From Girardia tigrina (lineage: Eukaryota), in contig MQRK01181236.1 of assembly GCA_001938485.1 (NCBI GenBank), positions 16,478-80,477 of the forward strand: a DNA stretch of 64,000 nt, written 5' to 3'. The position numbers and the translations under genes were made by a program. Numbering within the stretch: the first letter of the stretch is position 1; every line of letters begins with the position of its first letter. The notes under the pieces were generated by a model, which made no database searches, was not told where the DNA came from, and was given only the letters and a program-made list of their open reading frames with translations. Below, one piece after another: positions 28,701-36,432 of this stretch.

Positions 28701-29039
28701 TACTATTAACATTGTAAAATATGGGATTAAAAAGGCTCCTTAAAAAAATTAATAAAATTGAATTTCATATAACAAATACCTCCTCCATTTTTATAACAGA
28801 GATGTGGAAATCGCCAAATATTTCCAAGACCAACAGCGTATCCGACACATGAAAGAAAAAAATCTATTTTTCCTGACCAATTTCCACGATAAACATTTTC
28901 ATCTCCTTCAAATCGAATCTCAGACACCTAATAAAATAACTTAATAAGTATTATAAGGTTATAATTTTTCAACTTCATTATTTGTATGTAGAACATCAAC
29001 CGTAGCCAGGGATTTAAATTTTTTAGTTAGTTTTCTCAT
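7696..29039 (-). CDS. SLC6 (NSS) Na+/Cl- dependent amino-acid transporter, proline/glycine-transporter-like; 11 exons, 3' incomplete
   Basis: Exons 28974-29039, 28780-28927, 28607-28738, 28393-28560, 22803-22878, 16642-16795, 16462-16596, 13752-13855, 11713-12088, 11572-11671 and 7696-7796 join at GT-AG junctions with matching phases (1560 nt, 520 aa). Motifs: [70 protein letters not shown]. Confidence 0.93.
8082..8151. repeat. Tandem duplication, 2 copies of about 38 bp
   Basis: AACCTTTTAGTCGAAGTTTTTTGTGTATAAAAT present twice. Confidence 0.8.
8210..11225 (-). mobile_element. 5'-truncated Ty3/gypsy LTR retrotransposon (RT, RNase H, integrase, PPT, 3' LTR) in SLC6 intron 10, frameshifted
   Basis: RT ([28 protein letters not shown]), RNase H (FILDT, TDHKAI), integrase (AIIDQFSRY) with GPY/F tail; PPT AAACCGAGGAGGA directly before LTR TGTGAGGAATATT (8723 to about 8210). 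Confidence 0.92.
11572..11671 (-). CDS. SLC6 exon 10 (TM10)
   Basis: [34 protein letters not shown], flanked by AG/GT. Confidence 0.9.
11713..12088 (-). CDS. SLC6 exon 9 (TM7-TM9)
   Basis: [19 protein letters not shown]...GLAFVAY...[11 protein letters not shown]...LGIPCVTT. Confidence 0.93.
12216..12372. mobile_element. pogo/Tigger-type MITE
   Basis: TIRs CAGTTGAACCTGTCTAATCCG / CAGTAGAATCTGGCTATTCCG; TA on the left side. Confidence 0.7.
12390..13400 (-). mobile_element. Heavily decayed transposase relic, possibly hAT/Buster-like
   Basis: Higher-complexity broken coding sequence with weak resemblance to hAT C-terminal motifs. Confidence 0.25.
13752..13855 (-). CDS. SLC6 exon 8 (TM6)
   Basis: [35 protein letters not shown]. 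Confidence 0.93.
13948..14229 (-). mobile_element. Non-autonomous Helitron-like element
   Basis: A|TC start, (GTTT)n tract, subterminal hairpin around CATATATG, CTGG|T end; related copies at about 24772-25460. Confidence 0.65.
14758..15199 (+). mobile_element. piggyBac transposon fragment (TIR plus internally deleted transposase)
   Basis: TTAA|CCCGTTTACTACC terminus; [38 protein letters not shown]. Confidence 0.8.
15290..15697 (+). mobile_element. Penelope-like element fragment with GIY-YIG endonuclease (family 1)
   Basis: LPYSEG linker; [29 protein letters not shown]; C-terminus cut by a fold-back. Confidence 0.88.
15785..16216 (+). mobile_element. Second, deleted Penelope-like 3' fragment (family 2) with degenerate hammerhead at 16178-16213
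   Basis: Alignable by eye to 5620-5830 ([12 protein letters not shown]); tail CTGAAGA...CATC GAAA CATGTC. Confidence 0.6.
16462..16596 (-). CDS. SLC6 exon 7 (TM5)
   Basis: [45 protein letters not shown]. Confidence 0.92.
16642..16795 (-). CDS. SLC6 exon 6 (TM4)
   Basis: RVVLG...[29 protein letters not shown]. Confidence 0.92.
16852..17103. repeat. Tandem duplication of about 105 bp, separated by short ACCTATTGTAAA-like repeats
   Basis: Near-identical copies at about 16852-16957 and 16998-17103. Confidence 0.85.
17608..17648 (-). ncRNA. Degenerate minimal hammerhead motif, family 1
   Basis: GTGAC CTGAAGA TGAC...TTC AAAA TATATT GTC (GAAA mutated to AAAA), at the 3' end of a PLE RT relic. 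Confidence 0.55.
17608..18420 (-). mobile_element. Penelope-like element RT relic with hammerhead tail
   Basis: [34 protein letters not shown] across broken frames. Confidence 0.75.
19334..19510 (-). mobile_element. Partial LTR of family A (Ty3/gypsy)
   Basis: TGTTAAGAGAACTCAC... matches the end of the solo LTR at 23358. Confidence 0.65.
19829..21122 (-). mobile_element. Full-length mariner (DD34D) element with inactive transposase
   Basis: 25-bp TIRs TT(A/G)GTTC(A/G)TACCAGAAAGA, TA duplications, 1294 bp; HTH (STVYRW), NEKW (catalytic D to N), [16 protein letters not shown] (34-aa spacing); frameshifts. Confidence 0.92.
21548..22075 (-). mobile_element. LTR of a second family (about 514 bp) followed by a PBS-like sequence
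   Basis: TGTTACG...TCTCCA then G TGGCAGGCCG; abuts a family-A LTR fragment at 22076-22208. Confidence 0.5.
22803..22878 (-). CDS. SLC6 exon 5 (EL2)
   Basis: [26 protein letters not shown]; phases fit both neighbouring exons. Confidence 0.85.
23358..23785 (-). mobile_element. Solo LTR, family A
   Basis: TG...CA termini; same TGTGAGGAATATT start as the LTR at 8723; no clean TSD. Confidence 0.75.
24772..25460 (+). mobile_element. Two tandem or nested copies of the non-autonomous Helitron-like repeat
   Basis: Homologous to 13948-14229 (GCCGAAAG core); ends in hairpin ACCCGTCATATATGATGGGT. Confidence 0.55.
26153..26168 (-). promoter_or_regulatory. Histone mRNA 3' stem-loop
   Basis: GGCTCT CTTT AGGGCC (6-bp stem, 4-nt loop) just 3' of the H2B relic. 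Confidence 0.75.
26185..26392 (-). pseudogene. H2B: Histone H2B pseudogene fragment fused to an unrelated upstream ORF
   Basis: [65 protein letters not shown]; internal TGA; N- and C-termini missing. Confidence 0.88.
27063..27920 (-). pseudogene. Intronless ORF relic of unknown family, one in-frame TGA, running into an (AAT)n-rich tract
   Basis: ORFs 27675-27920 and 27063-27674 are contiguous in one frame. Confidence 0.4.
28393..28560 (-). CDS. SLC6 exon 4 (TM3)
   Basis: [46 protein letters not shown]. Confidence 0.93.
28607..28738 (-). CDS. SLC6 exon 3 (TM2)
   Basis: [45 protein letters not shown]. Confidence 0.93.
28780..28927 (-). CDS. SLC6 exon 2 (TM1)
   Basis: [36 protein letters not shown]. 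Confidence 0.94.
28974..29039 (-). CDS. SLC6 exon 1 (putative start)
   Basis: [22 protein letters not shown] followed by a 46-nt GT-AG intron; in-frame stop upstream. Confidence 0.6.
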
Positions 29040-30460
29040 ACTCTGTTTCAGATGTTTTAATTTTAAAAGAATCGAGTGTATTTAGATGTTGTTATTCCAC
29101 GATAAATACTCGTATTACCATAATGAAATGTAAATAAGATTTATATTTTTCAATAATTACTAATTAAAACGAAGAATTTGACAAATCGCATTCTTAATTC
29201 TCGACTCATTAGCGATGAAAGATCTAGAGAGAACGAATCTTCATTTGGAACATAGTTTTATTGAAATTTATTTATTAATTAATTTATTAATTATTTATTT
29301 ATTTATATATTTATTATTTAATTATTTAATTATTTATTTATTTATTTATTTATCATTTTATCTATTTACTTTATTTCCTTTACTGTCTTTTTGCTGTTCA
29401 TTCTTTTCATGACATAAATAATTGAATGTCTAAATTTTGAAAATGGTTTCATAAAATATAAACTGAGTCAAAATGAGATACATTTCGGCTGAAAAACAGT
29501 AAATTATGATAATAAATATAGCAATAAATCAATGATAATCGTCAAAAGTTATTAAAAAAATGTAGTGATAAAATAAAAATGAAAATAATAATAATAATAA
29601 ATTAAATAAAATAACGAATTTTGAGAACCAAATATAAATCCTTATCAAAGCAAAGTGCCTCATATTTTTAAAATTTAAAATGTAAATGTTTTTTTAAGTT
29701 AATCTAATGAAACAATTTCAAATACTCTCTTTCAAACTATCAAAAATATAAAATAAAACGGTATTAGTTTAACTGATCATGTTTCATAATTATATAGTTG
29801 TTTCTCGTCCATTTATGGAAATATTTTGAACAAAAAGAAGAAGAAAGAAATTTGGCCTGATATAAATATATTGTTAGAAGAGATGGAAAAGCTTCATATA
29901 TAAAAATTCGAGAACCTTACCTTTAAACTTAAAAAGTATTTATCCTCAATTCCGTGAGTGAAAAAATAGGATATAATCGAAGTATATTGCAAAATCAGTA
30001 AAAGGATTTGATTCATTTTAAAAATCAAATTTATTCATTTTGAAACGATAGAAAATCTGATAGCGAGGATAAATTTTCAAACTCATGAGACGTTAACCAA
30101 TGTTAAGATTCCATCATTCAAAGGCATCATACATAAAAAAGTAACCATACATTAAAGAATAATTGTTTGAAAAGAAAACACACTATAAAGAAGAGTTAAA
30201 ATATTATTTGAAACAACCGAGAAAGGAGAGGGAGAATATATTTTTTTAGAGTAAATATGTGGAGAGATAACGAGAATCAAAACCAAATGATTGAATTATT
30301 CAGCAATTGTATTGATAAAGAGAGGTCTGAGAAAATCTGAAACATGAATTTTGTCAAACTTTATTCATAAATGTGCATAGAATATTTTGTTTGTGATTCG
30401 GTTATTGTACTTGATTTGGAATCACGTTGCGTGTTTTATACAAGCGGGATTAATATCTCT

Positions 30461-30484
30461 CTCTGATTGGTTGACCAATCAGAG
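30461..30484. promoter_or_regulatory. Inverted double CCAAT box
   Basis: CTCTGATTGGT TG ACCAATCAGAG, a perfect 11-bp inverted repeat 1.4 kb upstream of the SLC6 ATG. Confidence 0.35.
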
Positions 30485-30807
30485 CAATTTTTTAATATCA
30501 GAATTTTTGAAATTTTGTGATTATTAAGTTGAAAATTCGTTTGAGTTATTTTTATCGGGTACAAAATAAATAAAAAATAAAGAAATTTAATTTGTTTAAC
30601 TTACTTGATATGGCTTGTTTCAACAATATTGATTCTACTCAGTTAAAATATTTGTTGATCAGCACAGGATTTGTTACAAAAGACGATATTATTAATACAC
30701 AACATGCTGATGAAGTATTTGAAAAATTAAAAAAAAGATATATGAGATAAATGGGGAGATGCTTTATGAACAAGTAAGAAGCAATTCTTTCTATAAGCTG
30801 AAATTCT

Positions 30808-31020
30808 TCAATTACTGCTTGAAAATAATTCTTGGTCAAATAATTTTAAAGATCGAGCCAACAAAATCTTTTCAGAGGCTGATTGCCAATTTGTATGATG
30901 ATTAGAAAAGTGAACAGTTTTTGGAAGTGCTATCTGATTGCTTCTGTGTCTCGGAGCATTAGTATTATAATCTCGAAAATTACATTGGATTGCTCGAACA
31001 GCAGTGCAAATGCGCCGCCA
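30808..31020 (-). CDS. Probable terminal exon of an unknown gene, with an IQ-like motif
   Basis: cag| WRRICTAVRAIQCNFRDY...ELFSSSN* (70 aa open after an acceptor); not in the ORF track. Confidence 0.5.
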   Translation of the reverse strand, partial: WRRICTAVRAIQCNFRDYNTNAPRHRSNQIALPKTVHFSNHHTNWQSASEKILLARSLKLFDQELFSSSN

Positions 31021-32348
31021 CTGATAATAATAATCATAATTAAAAAACTAAATTAAGATCAAAATTTTCTTTAAATATAAAATTAATTTACATGTTGAAA
31101 TATGGATTAAAATTAAGATTAAAATATTTTGTTTTATTAAAAGGAAATCCTCGGTAAAAAATGGCATTAAACACTAATTATTTATTTATAACAATATTTT
31201 TTGTAAAAGTAAAATAAAAATCACAAAAACAGATCAAATATTTTTCGTATTTTTAAGTTTTATTCTATTAATAAAATATTTATTTAGTTGAAAATTCACT
31301 GAAATATAGGAATAATGTTTATTTATTTAACTGAAATATATTTTTTCTTTCTCTTGGAAAATATATTTTAGAGATTTAATTTTTAAAACTAAAAATTTAT
31401 TTTAGAGTAAATTTTCAAAACATTTTAAAATTCATATTTTAAAATAAATTGTTATATGAAATATATAAATATATATGCCTCTACTCTTAATTACAATTTT
31501 AAAAAAATATCTGATAATTTATAATTATACATCAATAATTTCAGTAAATGCATCATATGGTTTTTTATGTACAGTATACCCTTCAATAAATTAATTTTAT
31601 GGCATTTACATTTGAAAAAAGCAGTGCGTGAAGGAAAGCTATACAAATGTTTTCAAGTGGAAGAGATCACATGTTAGGATCACATGAATATCGAGAGTGA
31701 TATATTATATTATTAATTATATCTAAATAAAAGAATGAACTAATTACAGGAAAACATTATTTAATTTATTAATACGTATTTATTTGATAAATTACACTTC
31801 TAGTTTTCTTTTGACCTCCAAAGTCTAGAATTATTGTTTTGGAATTTTAAATTGAAGTGTTATTATATTCATAATTTCTATCTATATCTCAAAGTATTTA
31901 CTCTCTGTACTTGCCCAAAAGACAAATATTGTTCAAATTTATCACTGAGAAACTTGCTCTCCTTTATATATATAGTTGTATTTAATTAGAAAGTTATTGT
32001 TTATATAGAAAGATGACCATTACGTCACAGTGTGTTACGTCAAAATACTCTAATATGATTGGACGAATCACTTTGCACATTTAGACTAGGTTTANNNNNN
32101 NNNNNNNNNNNNNNNNNNNNNNNNNNNNNNNNNNNNNNNNNNNNNNNNNNNNNNNNNNNNNNNNNNNNNNNNNNNNNNNNNNNNNNNNNNNNNNNNNNNN
32201 NNNNNNNNNNNNNNNNNNNNNNNNNNNNNNNNNNNNNNNNNNNNNNNNNNNNNNNNNNNNNNNNNNNNNNNNNNNNNNNNNNNNNNNNNNNNNNNNNNNN
32301 NNNNNNNNNNNNNNNNNNNNNNNNNNNNNNNNNNNNNNNNNNNNNNNN

Positions 32349-32620
32349 CCCAATTGTGTTTTAGATTTATTTGAGAAGTAATTAGAAATTTTATTAGTTA
32401 GGAACAATACTTTAATTGTAACACCTACTGGGGCTTGTTTTTCTAAAATTCGTTTAAAATCCCTAGCCCCTTCGGAATATGGAATTTTTAAATAAAATTT
32501 TTTAGAATTAATCACTTCCTCAGTTGTATTCAAATTTTTATTAATTTTGTCTTTTGATTTTAAATAAATTGACTCCATGGTATTTTTAATGATGTTATTT
32601 AAATATTTCTATATTATTTA
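32349..32620 (-). mobile_element. Penelope-like fragment (RT-endonuclease linker) running into a gap
   Basis: FYLKIPYSEG...NKISNYFSNKSKTQL, homologous to the 15300-15460 region. Confidence 0.7.
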
Positions 32621-32632
32621 AATATATATATA

Positions 32633-32865
32633 CTGGAAAACCTCTTGTAATCCTTATTGGGGATTACTATTCCACCATCCTAAATTTAAGAGATTGGGAA
32701 TTACAAGAGGTATTTTTGTTCTTTTTTTACTGGTTCAGATACTACGTTTTTAGCAAAAAAATTATAATATAAATAATTTTATTCATCAATTATTTCAGAT
32801 TTCTTTTTGAAAAAAATGGATGTTGGCATTATAAGAGGGGTGGTGAATTACAAGAAATTTTACAG
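32633..32865. mobile_element. Tc1/mariner-type MITE
   Basis: TIRs CTGGAAAACCTCTTGTAAT / CTGTAAAATTTCTTGTAAT with TA flanks. Confidence 0.7.

Positions 32866-32868
<3 letters not shown>

Positions 32869-32908
<40 letters not shown>
32869..32908. repeat. (TA)n microsatellite
   Basis: Pure TA run. Confidence 0.9.
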
Positions 32909-32912
<4 letters not shown>

Positions 32913-34544
32913 ATAATTATTGATTATAATCAATAGAATCAAATTTAATATGCAGAGTTTGAGAATTCTTGCGGGTAAATGGAATTATATGTCATTTTCC
33001 CATCTTTTCCACAATCAAAATAGATGGAATAATATCATTCGAATTTAAATCTATATTTTATGGCAATGAAAACCGGTTCTTGTAGTATTCGGTTTATAAA
33101 AGTTGTCAATACAGCTTACGAAACTCGATACAAGAATTTGTACTCCAAACTTCTCCGCAATTCGAATATGTTTTCCGGCGACAATTCGGCATTACAAAAT
33201 GAAAACTCTAAACTTTCAAGTTTGGCAAATTTTGAAATCGCTTTTGACACAAAATCAGTACTGAAGTATTCTGGAAAAGTCAATATCCACTGATTTGTGT
33301 CACATACAGAAATTCAACAAGCTGATTTCCACATTGTTTTCTGTGACGCATCCAACCGGATCACTAATCATTGGTCGGGTTTCCTGGATTAGCCGGGACT
33401 GGAAATTCGTTTCATTTAGCACTTTCAGAGGTGAATTTCTACCACACTACTGGCACCTAATCCACTTGCATTGCAAGATCACCCGACGAATGTTTAGTAA
33501 CAGATTAAACAAGGAAATCAGTAGTTGTACAATAAATCTCATGTGATAATTTTGGCTCCCTTATTTGAACTTAGTTAGAACCATAGGTTCTGGAACCGGA
33601 GGGGGTGGGGGCTTCAGCCCCCAACATTTTGACAATACTGGCTAAGGCATATATCAGCCATCCCAGCTGCTATATGAGAATGTGAAATGTATTGTGTTAA
33701 AGAAACACTGGGCATCCGTTTTTGTCAAACTACAAACAGACATGAGGCTTTTTATTATTACAAGAACGTTTATTTCTAAAGTATTTTTAATAAATATAGT
33801 TAAATAGATATAAGTGTTTAAGACACATATTGGTCTCTTATTCTAGGCGGTATACGCATACTACGGATAGTTTTGCATACAGTGAAGGCTGACACTGTTC
33901 TCTACTTGTTGCATAGAAATATTATTTCTAACATCAATTTATTAGAATGGTTCTTTATTTTTTTAATAGAATTTTCTAATTGAATAGTTTAGTAAATTAA
34001 ATTATATTTAAAATGCGGAAACTGGTGTCATATTTATTGTGTTTTAACGTATCGAAATGTGGATTCTATGTGCATCACTTTTTTAAATCAATTTAAACAT
34101 GTCAAATCATTAAAGTTCGTTGTTGCAGTTTCTTACCATGACAGTAAAAAGGACACTCATTAAAAGTATGGGTGACCGGACAATTTGTCACATAGACAAA
34201 TCATCGCAGGACAATTCGTCGCAGCACATTTTGGTCACAGGACAATTCGTCGCAAAACAATGCTTTACATGTATTTGAATTAAAATTATTATTGACTGAT
34301 GTAGATATTTTTTTTACAATCGACGACCTGGTCTCGATATTTCTCTTTCCTCTTCAATTTTTATTTATCTATATATTAGGTTGAGGAATAATTCGTGAGC
34401 GTATTTTCAAGTTAAAAAAATATATTCATAAATGAAACGCTTTTCCAAAATATTTTGTGTCGTTTGGTAGATAATTTTTTGCTCTCATAGATGGAGTGTT
34501 TGATTTTCATATTTCTTATATTTTTGCTTTCATTTTCAGCTCAT

Positions 34545-34770
34545 TAAATAGAATTTCAAGTGGACAAAATCGAGCATTTTCGACACCATCTGCCTTTTGC
34601 ATTTAATAGAGGTGTTAACGCCGCCGAAGCTGCTCGTGAGATCTGTTCTGTGTATGGCAATGGAGCAATACCTGAAAGTACCGCCCGCCGTTGGTTTTCG
34701 CGCTTTAAAAATTGAAATTTTGATCTGAAAGACAGGCCACACACTGGTCGACCAACTGTGTTTGATGAAT
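34545..34770 (+). mobile_element. mariner transposase N-terminal HTH fragment
   Basis: NAAEAAREICSVYGNGAIPESTARRWFSRFK...DRPHTGRP. Confidence 0.85.
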
Positions 34771-34784
34771 ATGTTTGATAATTA

Positions 34785-34825
34785 GTGACCTGAAGATGAC
34801 GGTAGATCCGTCGAAATATATTGTC
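34785..34825 (+). ncRNA. Minimal hammerhead ribozyme, family 1, intact core
   Basis: GAC CTGAAGA T GACGG-TAGAT-CCGTC GAAA TATATT GTC: stem I GAC/GTC, 5-bp stem II, palindromic ATATAT stem III. Confidence 0.8.
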
Positions 34826-35449
34826 TTAAAATATATTTCCAAATTGATTGCATGTATTGCCAATTTGATTGCAATAATTTCTATCTTGATCGAGAAATTC
34901 TCAATTTGATTGAAAAACTTTCCACGTTGGTTCCCAGAATTTCCATATTGATTGAAAAATTTTCAAAAAAAGATTTTGATTGGAAAGATTCCTTATATTA
35001 TAAATAATTATATAAATGTCCAGTGTGGAATCTGCAAGTATCATCATAACCACTATTCAATTCATATGTGACGGCAGGTACTAAAAATAAAGTCCAACGG
35101 TTCTCAGTCGATCATTAGAGAATTTATAACTGATAATTATCTGGGGTCAAACCATCACAAACTTTGATAAAAAATTGAAACTTGAAATTAAAGATGAACA
35201 GTATTACTAACAAAAATTAAAAAATTGATATTTTGATGTAGGTAAATAGACATCTGCTACAACTGATATGTCACAGCCCGATAGAGACATCAAATACTTT
35301 CAATGTACATTATGCAAGTAGTAGCATAAGACGAAATGGTGGCTCTTCATATTCAGTAGAAAAAGTCGGAGAATTAATGGTATCATCAATAAAATCCAAT
35401 GAATATACCAACATTACTGTAGGTGTCACATCCAATCCGAACTTTATTA

Positions 35450-35720
35450 TTTACACAAAAACACCTCAATTCGCATAAGCAGGTTTTTAATATGCACATT
35501 TGAGGGGTTTGAATTAAAACTGCTTCCAATTCTTTCATATAGTCTTGATTTAGCCTTATCGGACTTCTATTGGTTTAATCGTCTAAAAAGAACCTTGTGA
35601 GGTCAGAAATTTACCTCAAAAGAAGATTTGAAAGATACAATAACTCAAATTTTTACTGAAATCTCCCAAAATCATCAAAATCGCTTTCTAAAACCTAATC
35701 ACACAGTGAAAAATGTTTGA
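35450..35720 (+). mobile_element. mariner transposase C-terminal relic
   Basis: YSLDLALSDFYWFNRLK...GQKFTSKEDLK (YSPDLAPSD-like). Confidence 0.65.
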
Positions 35721-35787
35721 ATAGAAAAATGGAATAATGATTTAAGAAATACACTAAATATGACCTTTTTGAAAATACAAAATATAT

Positions 35788-36432
35788 TTTTACCACGTTT
35801 TTCTTAGCTTGGTTTCTTGTCTGTCTGTATGTTTGTCTTTCTGTCTGTTTGTCTGTCTGGAACAAATCTTGCGATTGATTTTTCGACCACTTTCAGTCAT
35901 CCAATTGAGCTGAATTTTTTTATACAGGTTTGCTTCCGATGACAATACAATATTTTAAAACATTTACNNNNNNNNNNNNNNNNNNNNNNNNNNNNNNNNN
36001 NNNNNNNNNNNNNNNNNNNNNNNNNNNNNNNNNNNNNNNNNNNNNNNNNNNNNNNNNNNNNNNNNNNNNNNNNNNNNNNNNNNNNNNNNNNNNNNNNNNN
36101 NNNNNNNNNNNNNNNNNNNNNNNNNNNNNNNNNNNNNNNNNNNNNNNNNNNNNNNNNNNNNNNNNNNNNNNNNNNNNNNNNNNNNNNNNNNNNNNNNNNN
36201 NNNNNNNNNNNNNNNNNNNNNNNNNNNNNNNNNNNNNNNNNNNNNNNNNNNNNNNNNNNNNNNNNNNNNNNNNNNNNNNNNNNNNNNNNNNNNNNNNNNN
36301 NNNNNNNNNNNNNNNNNNNNNNNNNNNNNNNNNNNNNNNNNNNNNNNTTAGGTATAAAATTTCTCACATGTCTAGAAAAAAATTATTTTCCTCTTTTTAG
36401 TGCATTGGTAATGCTTGAAAAACGTGATTGTT
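35788..36432 (+). mobile_element. DINE-1/HINE-like (Helentron-associated) element spanning a gap
   Basis: T-rich insertion site, subterminal inverted CACGTTTT/AAAACGTG, (CTGT)n tract, short hairpin GCATTGGTAATGC near the 3' end. Confidence 0.5.

Noticed and set aside
35897-36400. Long ORFs on both strands
   Set aside because: Artefacts of N-gaps, as at 32059 and 57141
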